NCBI GenBank assembly: GCA_021613535.1
Contig: CP075496.1
Span: forward strand, 12,958,001-13,022,000
DNA length: 64,000 nt
Origin: Adineta vaga
Lineage: Eukaryota > Animalia > Rotifera
Reading direction: 5' to 3'
The notes under the pieces are model-generated. The model saw only the letters and a program-made list of their open reading frames with translations, was not told the origin of the DNA and made no database searches. Of this stretch, positions 41,571 through 55,601 are shown piece by piece (position 1 is the stretch's first letter; each line of letters opens with the position of its first letter). A program made the position numbers and the translations under genes.

Positions 41571-41748
41571 GTATGCTGATGAGCGACCTCTTTGATCAAA
41601 GTGGCGTTCGTTTTTTCCTGCTGGCACAGTGATGCATTGCGATGTTGACTACGTCCATTACAATTTCGTAGTTTGATTGCAACGTTGCGTTGGCTTTGAT
41701 TTGGTATTTCGTGGAATACGTCTTTTTGTACGTGTGCATGTACGTGGG
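41571..41748 (+). ncRNA. Candidate structured RNA element (several G-U-rich hairpins)
   Basis: Locally GC-elevated; hairpins at 41581-41609, 41631-41691, 41704-41719 and 41729-41746 found by eye. No family assignment. Confidence 0.3.
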
Positions 41749-41859
41749 TTAGAAATAAGGAACGATTGGCGACGATTAATAGCCATTTCCCACCGTCATT
41801 TGCGTTTCATTTTAAATATTTCATAGAATAACTAGAACCAACTTTGCAATCTTATCACG

Positions 41860-43526
<1,667 letters not shown>

Positions 43527-43645
43527 GAGGAAATTATTCATTTCTTTTCTTGTTTTTCTTACATCTCTACATTTGACTGTCACATTCGTTTCTCCTTGGT
43601 TTTCCTTTCGCTTCTCTCAAACTAATCGTTTATATTTATGTCGTC

Positions 43646-43681
43646 TGTGCGTGTGTGCGTGCGTGCGTGTGTGTGTGTGTT
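43646..43681. repeat. (GT)n/(GCGT)n compound microsatellite in the SEC61A 3' region
   Basis: Directly visible. Confidence 0.9.
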
Positions 43682-45362
43682 GACTTAATATGTGATTCGA
43701 GAAAGAGAGCTTAGGAAATGTTTTTTTTTCTTTCGGATAAAATCTTCCGAAATGAGAGAGAGATAACGAACGAACATATCGACCTTTTCCGGATGACAAC
43801 AATAAATGTGTATGTTTATACATATTGTAGTTTCTAGTTGGTGACATTTTCTTTTCTTCCTATTTGAATGTTTTGTTTCGAACTCTCTCTTTCTTTTTTC
43901 ACATATACCTTATTATTGTTATATCGTTGTTGTTTTTACTTTAAAACTAAACTGTTTTGTGATGATTCAAACAAAACAGAAAAAAATGCAATGTTCTTCA
44001 AAACGATATATATATATACGTCGTATCGATATTGTCTAAAACTTTAAAGAGATAAATTCAATAATGTCCTCACTATTGATTATTTATTAACACAAATGTC
44101 TGAATGATGACAAAGGGAGAATTTACAATTACATCTGTTTGTTTTACAGTCATCTTTGCAATAACATATCAACATTTATTGATTACCAGCAGTATTTTGA
44201 AGTCTATGATCGTAGATCTTCATTGGAAACACCTTTCACAGGTAATATAGCTCAATTTGATGCTTCGAATATTAAATTGATAACAGCACGGTGGTAAACG
44301 ATTCTATTTTGCCGAACTACGTGTTTCCGTTTTGCGATCGCACACGATTAAATACGCCAATATACGGATAGAAACGCGGTAGTATATTGGCTAAGTTAAC
44401 GGAGGGCGTATTCGTCACTCTGTGGCGATATAATTTGCCATCGTCCTCACTTATTCTTGTCAACATCATTTCAATCAATTTGCTTTTATAGTTATCTCTA
44501 AAATTTACAATGCAATTTTCTACTAATTTAAATGTTTTCATCTTTCGAATTTTTCAAAGATCAATTACGGTTAGTTTTATTTCTTTAGATAGTATCAAAA
44601 TTCGTCTCGGTTAATTATATGCAAAAGAAAAAAAATTAGTGATCAAGAAGTAATAAGAGATCTTCTAACAAGAGTGACGGCGAGGTTTACGATGAATCTA
44701 ATATCCATAATCTCTTCACTTTGATCTTAGTGATTTGTATGTTCATTACATCTTTGAACCGAAATACAGTGAATTAAAAGGAAAATCAAAAACGTGGTCC
44801 ACATTTACCATCAAAATTAATAAATATGAAAAACAGCTTCGTGAAGAATAATTTCAACGTCGATTTGAACGCTGACATCGGCTGAGAGTGCGAATCAAAT
44901 ACTAACCCACACCCCTACTCACACCCTTAGATGATTCATCGTTTGAGAAAGATATTTTGTGCTCTCTATATATCAATATGCTTTTGTAAAATAAATAGAA
45001 AGCATCTAACTTTGTTTTCAAATGAACAGAAAAATGACGATATTGTTTGTGACTTTAGGAATGACGCTATACTCATGCAAATTATTTGACTCTATTGAAA
45101 AAATACATCATACATAGATAATGTACGAAATAAATGTTCTTTTAATTGACGAAAATTCTGTCTACGACTACACGAATGAAATCGAATTGTCATGTATGTT
45201 TGAATCTGGTCGATAAAACAGATGTTAGAAAAGATGTTGTACGTTTATATTTTAGTATAAACTACGTAGCTTATATTTCTATTGAAGTAAACAAATATTC
45301 ACGGAACACAAAAGAAGGTTGTTTTTTTATTTCAACTCATCAGCTTTGTCGACGTTAAAATG

Positions 45363-47208
45363 TTAGATCTGAACATTTTTTAACAATGATACAAAGCGAT
45401 AAACATCCATGAATGAATTGTAAAGTGGTACAGCTGCTATACGAATAACATCAGCGCGAACATCCAACTAGAATGATTAAGAAAAAGTAATATCAATCAT
45501 TATTTTTTTAGTAAAATAAATATTTAATCTTACACAAACACCCTGTCGTTCAAGCTCATTGAATAATTGTCGAGCATCAACTCCAATAATACGTAATGAA
45601 AGTAATGCACCTCTCTGTTCTGGATCTAATGGAGTCATAAATTTTATTTTATATTTACTCGATGATTCTAAAACAAAGATAGAAATGTATGAATTATAAG
45701 GAAGAAATCATATGCTATACGATTAATTTCAGTTTCAATCAAATATTCCATATATTGAGTAAGTAATTTTGATTTTTCTCTCAAAGCTTCTATACCAACC
45801 TCTTCAAAAATCTAATTATAAAGAAAAATCAAACATATTATCATTCGTAGAAGCAAAACTACTTACTTCAAGACTTGCTGATAATACTGCACATTGATGA
45901 ATTGATGGATTACTAACTCGAAAGCCATCAGCACCAATATCTCGCTCAATTTGTGGTTTCATTTGAAATCGTGTATCATAACGATTTCCCCACCATCCAT
46001 CCAGTTGTGGATAATTTTTATCAAAATGATTTGTATGAACAAATATACCACCGACACAACCAGCACCTGCATTTAAATACTTATATGAACAGAACACTCC
46101 AAAATCAACATTCCAATCATGTAAATGTAATGGAATATTACCAAGTGCATGAGCTAAATCCCAGCCTACAACACATCCCTAAATGATTATAAAAAATATA
46201 TCTATACGAGAAGAAAACAAATAAAGATTTACTTGTTGTTGACCTGCACGAGTAATTGTTTCCATATCAAATAATTGTCCAGTATAATACTGTACACCAC
46301 CAAGAAATACAAGAGCAATCGATTGACCTTGTTCTTTTAATACTTTTAGTATATCTTCAATTCTAATATAAGTTTCTTTCTATTGATAAATGAAAATAAC
46401 ATAATTAAGAATCAAAGATTCAAATCTAAAAATACTTCTCGTGGTTTGATTGGTACGGATGCTTCTATTGGATCGTATCCATGAAGACGAATTTGTGAAT
46501 GAAAAGCATATTCATCACTAGGAAATGCTCGTTCTTCATAAAGAATTTTAAAACGTTCTTTTGTTGGTCGATAGAATGGTATCTATTAAAAATGAAATCA
46601 TTTCAATTCAATTAAAAAAATGTTTTTTATTTTCTAAACCATCATAAAATGAATATTTGATGATAACTGATTCATTACAGTAACTTCTTTATCTTCTGCA
46701 CCAAGAAGTTTTTTTAGCGTTGGAACACATAGATAATCACATTTAGCAAATGGAATTCTACCATGAACATGTCCATAAACTCCTCTAAATAAATGACCTT
46801 TTTATTCATTAAAAGATTCTTTTTGATTTTAGAAATTTACAAAGTTGCCCAATCTTCAAGCCAAACTTCAATCGCTTTTCGTACTCGTTTGGATTGTAAA
46901 CCTAATGAATGTCCGCAGAGATAAATACATTCACTATTCAGATCCGTACGTGTTTTATCCACTGAAATAGATAGAAAAGATTCTATTATATGAGAATAGA
47001 AGTGAATGAACATCAATGTACCATTTGGTAGATCACCAATTTTTGGAATCAAAAATTCATCTCGTACATGTCTTAGCGAATCATTTTCATCAAGTTTACG
47101 AGCAAATGCTTCATTCGTCAATGAAATTTTCCATTTTTCCGCTTGATTTTTTAGAATATCTTGAGGATTTGATAACGAATGATTACCATTGCAATTATGA
47201 GTAGCCAT
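45363..47208 (-). CDS. KYNU: Kynureninase, multi-exon
   Basis: [37 protein letters not shown] (PLP Lys), [18 protein letters not shown]. Upstream in-frame ATG at 47268. Confidence 0.95.
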
Positions 47209-48105
47209 TTTTGCACTTAATGATAATGTAGCAGTTGATAAAACGATTGTGTCATCTATCGACGGCATGTCTATACTTATAGTAATGCGTGATCTGACAA
47301 GTGAAAGTAAGCGTGACCGAGAAACAAAATGAAAAATGATTTAATTCGATATTTGTACGTTACATATTCAGAAGAAAAGGATAAAAACATAAGGAGAGAA
47401 AAAAATATCGACGTGAATAAATGCACTCGTATCTTCTATATTGCAATCAAATTCTTATGTTATTTTACAGAAAACATTTTATAGACGCGTGATAGATACC
47501 TAGGAAAATCGATGCAAAATACCCTTGATCAGATTATTAACTGTTCTTGACAGTTAGATAAATCGATTTTGAAATGCTCTGACATGTCCTATTACATATT
47601 TTAACATATTGTTTTTCTATCTGTTATTACGACGTAAATATTCGAAAATATTTCAGATCTTGCCTATCGCATATTTGCATCTATGAATCATTAGAAAGTC
47701 AGTTTAGAAAAAAACAATATTACTTTTGGTATACGCCTTAGGTAAATGTACATACGTCACAAATTATTAATTGTTTATTTATCGATAATTCCTCTAAGTA
47801 CATATTCGGATATAATACACATTTTATTATCGTCATTTTGTTGACGTCAATAGGAACATTATATAGATAAAATGTTGTTTCATTTCGTTGCTGTTGATTA
47901 TAGTGAAAAAAAAACAATTCATACAGTTTGTCAATGAAATAAGACATACGCAAAATGTTTTTCTCTTATCTTATTTCATTCGACGATCTTCAGACTATTT
48001 TTGTCTCCTGATACGAATGGGGTATAATAGAATTATCCCATTCTATATCCACTGTTGGTATAAAGTTCGAGATAAACATCATTATTACCATTCTTCTATA
48101 CCAAA

Positions 48106-48474
48106 ATGAAACTCTCCATTGTTTCTATCATTATTGGTCTTGTTTTGATGTGTCTTTTTACAGGTTTGTTACATTCATTATTAGATTGATTATATAATCA
48201 AATTTTTTCTATTTTTTAATGTGTAGTAAGTGAACAAGGTGTTATACGTATCCCAGGTCGAGGTGCTGGTGGTAGTGGTAAACCAAGACAACATTTTATA
48301 CATAAAAATACGCGAAAAGAAGCTGAAGAAGCAGCACGACGACAAGGTGGTGGTCGTTCTCCCGTTCATCACAATGAAAAGGGTCACAAGTCACACTTTC
48401 ATCCTTCAGATAAGAATGGTAATATTCGAAAAGATGGTAGTCATTTTCAATACGGTAAAAAGAAGAATGGTTGA
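48106..48474 (+). CDS. Small secreted His/Gly/Lys-rich protein, 101 aa, 2 exons
   Basis: Exon 48106-48163 (signal peptide MKLSIVSIIIGLVLMCLFT), intron 48164-48226, exon 48227-48474 open to TGA. The frame differs from the listed ORF. Confidence 0.8.
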
Positions 48475-48557
48475 ATATAAACGTTGTTTTTCAAATGACA
48501 TTTGATTGTACACAGTTTATTTATTACAAAGAATACATTTATACAGATTGAAAGTGA

Positions 48558-50190
48558 CTAGAGAAATTCCTTGGAAAACCAATCAGGAATGAAATGATAT
48601 TTTGAATCAGTTGATTTTTCTACAGTGATTTTTTGAGACGATGGATTAAAACGAAATAAGACAACATCTCTAGAGGAAAATAGTTTTCAAAAAAGTATTC
48701 GCTTATAAAAAGATATCTACTTACTTTCGATCGAGTGCATAGTCAGTTGTAACATGTTCTTGAAGATAATTGATAAAGAGTAAAAAGAAATTAAAGAATG
48801 ATGGACGATTCCATGTATCCTATAAAGATAAAAGTGTTGAATGTATTGAAATTCAATTGAAAATCAATTACTGCTGATCGTTCGATATGCGCAATATCTA
48901 ATGGACAAAGTGTATTTACAATACCATTGTTATCTCGTAAACCAATTACCATATTTTTAATACCTTAAAAATCAAAAGGATTTCATTGTATGAACTAAGA
49001 AAAAGGATGAGCATTTATTACCAACAAGAAAACATTGAATCCACCATTTGGCGAATTTACGATTACTAAAGATTAATGAAAGAATTATTTCGATTTATGT
49101 TATTGTGTACTTACTAACGAAATGGTAGATCATCGAGTGTTTTTCCAGCACAAACTTTCAATTCAATATGTTCCGTTGTTGATGATGAGTGTTCAATAAT
49201 GCAATCCATTTCTGCACCATATAACAAACGATAAGAACCTATAGTTGATTGAAATACTCCAGAGAATTGTTTCGAAGGATTGAGTGTCTCCGTTGATAGA
49301 TGATCTAAGCATTGAATAAAGAGGACGAATTTTGAAAAAAATTCAATCAAATTTTACTTTTAGTAACATATTCTTCAAATTTATGACCATAATAACAGAA
49401 TGCACGATGTTCTGGTGTCATCTTTTCTTCCTCTTTCACTTGACTCTCTGTTACATATTCACATAAAAAATACGCATTTTTAAATTTAACAACAGCTAAT
49501 AACCAATCAGAATGTTTTTCAAATATCGAAAACATAATCAAACGAAGAACACCACGCCATGATAAGATATCAAATGTAAAACTATCATCAAAATACTTCG
49601 ATATATTTCACTTTTTTTATTCATGAAAAACTTATACATACTGATTATTTTTGAAAATCTCTTCTTTATGTCGCAATATCCACCAGAGCATTGCATTGAT
49701 ATTTTTACTTTGACCTTCCGTAGTAAAATCAGCTTCGCCAATTTTTAAATCAAAATTAACATTCAATGTTTGAAATGGATATTTATAAACTGAAGATAGA
49801 AGATTAGAGATAATATACTGAATATCACTAGAAAGTAAAACATTTACCACGAAGATATCGTTTATCATCAAAACATTCTTTATCATCTGCTCGATTTAAT
49901 AACGAAAAATAACCAATTTCACGAGTTTGAAAAAATGTTTGTTGACGATTTATGTGTTTCCAAAACGGTATAGACAAAACATCCTGTTCAACAGTTGTTC
50001 TCATACCAATATGGTTACGATTAGAATGTTGTCGATACTTACTTGGTGGTTCTGTAGAATGTTGATCATATCGCGGACGTTTTCCTTGTATGGATGAAGA
50101 AATATGATCAATTCTACGTTCAATAACACCACTTTCTTCTTCAAGAACAACATCCTCTTTCTCCTGAGATTTCACATTCGTACTAGCCAT
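48558..50190 (-). CDS. DXO: Decapping exoribonuclease DXO/Dom3Z/Rai1, multi-exon
   Basis: YYGHKFEEYVT, LLYGAEMDC, HIELK, KWWIQCFLVG..IGLRDNNG motifs. Confidence 0.9.
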
Positions 50191-50459
50191 AATAACTAAC
50201 TATCTAGAATAAAGAATCCTTTTCAACTGATTTATTTGTAATAAAAAATAGACATTCAATTTGATTCTCATTCTCTGATTGTATTAGATTCATTGATTCT
50301 ATATCAAAGAAGTCTTTTATACACGAATATATGAAATTGATCTGAAATGAAGAAGATACTTGATAAAAAAAATCACTGTTCATATAAATACAAATATACG
50401 AAAAAAATGTTAGATATAGAGAAAAGAAAACATAAGATATTCAATGTGTTTTTGGATAA

Positions 50460-53355
50460 TTATATCTGCAAAATAGGATTTGGATCCGGATGCAGTGCAC
50501 GAATAACAATTGATTGAAATTTTTCAATTATTGTTAAGATTTGTAGACGTGTCATATTTTCAAGTGATGCAATCTCTTCGAGATGATATGTTCCATTGAA
50601 ATATTTAATTAATCTACATGAAAGAAAAATATCAATAAATATTCAATAACATCAAGTGATTTACCGAAGAAAATCAATCACATTTTGCTCTTTAGCATCT
50701 TTAATAGCAATAGCTAGAGTTTGTTGATATTCAAGTCGTTCATTCGGTAATGTTTGTGAGACGTAAGGAAGATATTGTAAAGAAGTTCGACTGTTATTTG
50801 CCGTAATACTGCTACCATTGATTGAACTTGTACCAAATACATCATCTTGACTAGTGCCTGTCATTGTTTTCAATGTATCTGTTGATCTGGAATGATGAGC
50901 AGATGAATATGATAATTGATTGGTTGAGGGTGATGAAGCTAAGAGCAAAAAGAAAACAAATAGTAAAAGTAATTGAAAAATCAATGGATTTCTACGAAAA
51001 AAGAAACAATTTACATGACGTAACCAAGATTCGAACATTTTAATCAACAAAAAAAGAGCATATTTATTCAATTTAGTCGTTGAATAAATGATAGAAATCG
51101 AAAGAGCAGCATCATATACATGTATAATATAGCAAGAAACATCAGATGATGAGAAACAACCTATTACCCATTGTATAATCAAAACTATTGACACTCAATA
51201 GATTTCCACGAATATCAATATTTTCACTCGTTATAGAAAAACGTTCACTTTTAGATGATGATTCAAAAGCGTTCGATGAATACTGATTACGTCGCTAGAA
51301 AAAATAAGGCAAAACAAATATATTTTTCACTTACGTAAAGTTGGTACTTCAGAATAAAGTCTCACAAGGGGTACACGTGGTCGTGGTAAACGTGTTTGTT
51401 TATATTCATCTTTGAAATCATTTCGATTATCATTTGGTAAAAGAAGATAATAATAATAATGAACTTGAAGAAGAAGACGATGACGAAGTAACCATTCAAC
51501 ACATTGATAACGTTCTTGCTTTAAAAATAATCGAGATTTGTACTTAAATTTTTTTCGAAGAAAAATCATCTTACCATTTCTGGTTCAGTATCACTACGAC
51601 TCATATGATCATAGAATGGTAGAGCATCGGAATATTCAGCTAATGCTTCTTGTAATGTCGGATAATTTGTGGTATTTTGAAATGTGTCTTTATAAAGTTT
51701 AGCTAAAGATCCATTTCTAAAGAACAATATTTATGTCAAATACAAAAAAAAACATTTAGTGTTTTTTTTTATTATATACTTTGATATATCAGCATCAGGT
51801 GAGATTATATAAATATTATCATCATTAATCGGATAGATAAGTTTTGCTCGACCCCAATAAAGTAAATGAGATGTAAGACGATAAATCTAAAGTAATGAAC
51901 AGTAAATTCTCTTTTAAATGAACGAAAAGAAAAGAAAATCTAGTTAAATTTACTTGAGAAAGTGGTACACCAGTTTCTATAGCTAATCGAGACATTGAAT
52001 ATGATGATCGAAGATGTCGAATAAGTGTATTTAATGTTGAAGAACTATCAGTTGGTAATGAAGTAAGTAAAGCTGATGGATCAATAACAAGTAATAAGCC
52101 ATAATATTGTCTAGAGCGAGAATAAAAAAGTAATAACAATCAAAGTATTCGTAATAAATCATTTCAATTTACTTCAGATATTGTTCTGCATTGGAAAGTA
52201 CATTGAAAGCAAAATCCGTTTCTAATGGACAACTGAATGCAATAGATCGATGTGGTAAACAACAAGATACATTTAACCAATTATTAATTGTTATATTTAT
52301 TTCACCGGAATCTTGTAAACTAATAGAAAAGCAAAGGAACTTTATGATATATTTCTTGTTTGTTATTTCATCTAGACATACTCTAGAAAAATTTGTTTTA
52401 ACATTGCTGCCAATGGACTTTGTTCAGTCATTGCTGAATAAACTAATTCTTTTGTATCTCTACTTGCATCTTCTCTATTTTGTCGACGATTTACTAATCA
52501 AAATCAAATCAAATCAATTCAAAATTGACATTATTTCGAAATACTATACAAGGATCTGTTTCTTCAATTTCATGTTGTTGAAGAACAGCTAATAATTTAT
52601 TATATTCTTGAGTTAAATATTGAACACGTTGTTCTTCACAACGAATAACTGTACCAATACGTTGACTCATTTCTTGATACGATAATAGAACAGATGCTTT
52701 TGCAATAGCCTGAAGAATTTCAAAGAGAATTATTTATTAAAATCATCGACAAATATAATAATTACTCGAAGAACGAAAAAAACAGCAAATGATTTGAGAT
52801 TGGAATTATTTTCTAAACCAAGTGTATGACCAACAAAAACAACATCATCAACTTGGACTTCAACATGAGTTCCATAAGAATTTGAACTTGTTAAAATCGA
52901 AAGAGTTGTGTCATCAAATCTAAAATAAAGAAGATTTTTATTGCATAGAAAAGATCAATCGAAATGAAAAGTTTTACTTTCGAAAAGTTGTTCGAGGTGG
53001 ATCTTCATCTTTAATACTAAAAGTATTGATAGAAATTCAATTCATCTATGAAGAAAAACTTACCTCGGTGGATCAAAATCTTTAGCAATAACGATAGAAT
53101 AATATGTATGAAAACTAACCGGTTCAGCTATAATAATAAAAAAGAATATTTGATATTTGTTTGAAGTTTACAAAATTAAAACTACATACGTTCTCGTTTA
53201 TTAACATTGACTTTTTCAAATTTATATAGAAGTTTATTTTTATCATGTACACTTTCCACAACAAGTAAAATAGCAATAAGATCTTTTTCGAATTCCTATA
53301 AAATAATAACAGAAATAAATTTAATAAGTAAAAGATAACATACGATATGGTCCAT
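50460..53355 (-). CDS. NPRL3: GATOR1 subunit NPRL3-like, multi-exon
   Basis: VQVDDVVFVGH, EEQRVQYL, INNWLNVSCCLP; C-terminal YFNGTYHLEEIASLENMTRLQILTIIEKFQSIV..HPDP. Confidence 0.85.
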
Positions 53356-54604
53356 TTTCGTATCCTTTCTCTTATCTTTGTTGATGAATTGAGATGTTCT
53401 CAAATGAATTTAGAATAAAAGTAAAGTAAGATCAACTATTGCTTCAATAACTTAAATTGTAAAAATGATAATGATATGTGTTTGTATATAGAACCATACT
53501 TGGCTCGAATGAGAAGAGGTCGCTGTATATCGAAAAGAAATCCTCAATTCACTTTTCTCTTTGAATCAACATGATTTCTAGTTTCTCCCTTTTCGCGTCA
53601 CAATTCATCTAAGACGAAGAATTTAACGAAATTGTTTTACTGAAACAACAGGATAAACGATGAGAGGAACACAACTTATTATAAATTGATCATGGTTTTT
53701 ATTGACATATTTGAACAGAATCATTGAAACTCTGGAATTAAAAAATTGCTCTTGTTTAGCAAATACTTAGATAGATAATTCGTTTTAAAGGATGATTGAA
53801 TTGAACTGGAATACATTTTTCTAATAAAATCTATTAATTGATTTCAAGTAAGCTGCGAAAAATTTTGACAGATCTGTGAATTTCATTGAGAAAAAAAAGA
53901 GTGCACTTAGTTTTAACTGAATGTTAACTCATGAAAGATAATTGTTAAAAAGATTCTAATTCATACTATTCATACGATCATGAAAAATGTACTGAAGGAA
54001 TTAGACGAAAAGTTCAATGTATGACAGAATAATTTCGCTTTATGTAGATCATCTATATAAATGAGTAAGTGTTGATTTGTAATATCGCACATTTTCTTTC
54101 TCATCATTTATCAAGTTCTGTATAATGAAAGAAACTATCAACAGTAAAAGCTGTCCAAGTCAAAACAACCTTCAATAATGTGTAAAAAGGAACCATGACT
54201 TTTAACGTTCATTTCCTTAGTCATCGAATTATCGCATTGAAAATTAGATATGCATCATTAATTTGTCATATAAAAGATATGAAGAGTAGGAGTTTTGTTT
54301 TTGTTTATATCATTCGAATATATAATTCATTTCTATTTATTTTTAATTATCTTATTTTTTACAAAAAAAAAGAACGTGCTTGAGATGGTAAAGGATCTGT
54401 TATAATAGTTAAAAATAATGGAGTGTTGGTAAAGGGAAAAATGATGAAATCGACACTAAAAAAATAAAGGTAGAAAAAAATTATAGAAAAACGAAAGAAA
54501 TCTTCTATAACCAAAGCAACTAAGTTATTTCACACTGATAGATTTGTTCGTTGAATTAAAGCTCATTTAATTATTATTCAGTTAGTTATGTAATTGATTG
54601 ACCT

Positions 54605-55601
54605 TTACGCAAGTTTATCAAGTACAGTGCGTACTTCATTAAAAACATCATCCGGTGCTAATTCTGAATTAACCTACAAAGAGAAAATTGTTGATAATCA
54701 ATCATTTGAAATGAAATTTGTATGAAAAATACCTCAGCTAATTTGCCTTGATTTTTATAAAGATCTAAAACCGGTAATGTTTGATTATGAAAGGTTTGTA
54801 AACGATTTTTAATCGTTGTTTCATTATCATCAACACGACCAGATGTTTGACCACGATGTAATAATCTTTCGGTCATTGTATCGTCACCTGCTTTGACATA
54901 GAGAACAAGATTACATGGTGCAATCTTATTAAAGAGAAAATAAAAGAAATATTTTCGAATAGAAAAATGATTAGAAAAACGAACCACTTCTTCAAATTTT
55001 TGAGCTTGAGGAACTTCACGTGGATAACCATCGATAAGAAAACCTTTGGATTTCTCAGCATTTTTTATCATATTTTCCTTGAGTAAATCGAGAACAACTT
55101 CCTACAAATGTATATTTCATTAAGAATTCTATTTTTTGAAAAACAAAACTCGTTACCATTGGAACTAATTTGCCTTCTTTCATCAATGCATTGAGTTGTT
55201 CACCACGTTCAGTTTTTGATTGAACAGCTTCGCGAAGAAGGTCTCTAGAAAAAAGCGAACAATAAAAAAACGATTTCTTTCAATTTCTAATCATTTTCAT
55301 ACCCAGTGCTTAAATGCGTATAACCATATTTTTGAACAATTCGTTCACATTGTGTACCTTTTCCTGATCCTAATTAACGAAAATGATTTCTTCCTGAATA
55401 TATCAAAATAAATGTTACCTGGTCCACCGACGACAAAGATAATTTTCGAATCTTTTAATTTGTCTAATTCAGGTTTACGTTCGATAACTAAGAAAGAAAG
55501 AAAGAATCAAGAAATTGTTTTATCTTTCAATATAAAGGTTAAAATTCATATGTGAAAAGGATCATTTCAGAGAATTGAGTTATATTCTCACCTTGTGTCA
55601 T
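54605..55601 (-). CDS. AK1-like single-domain adenylate kinase (own first exon ATG ACA CAA G; isoform or separate gene)
   Basis: ATG 55601 followed by a GTGAG donor, splicing in frame to VIERKPELDKLKDSKIIFVVGGPG. Confidence 0.75.

Noticed and set aside
41576-41612. CTGATGAG followed by a hairpin, resembling a hammerhead ribozyme core or a box C
   Set aside because: No GAAA after the stem and no downstream CTGA box D within the element.
44317-44541. 74-aa minus-strand ORF in a CpG-richer patch (possible mobile element)
   Set aside because: No recognisable domain or element boundaries.
48230-48505. Listed 91-aa Val-rich ORF
   Set aside because: Shifted frame of the exon; the frame joined to the signal-peptide exon has proper splice phase and natural composition.
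50661-51194. 177-aa ORF as a separate gene
   Set aside because: Its 3' half is an NPRL3 exon and its 5' half is read-through into an intron.
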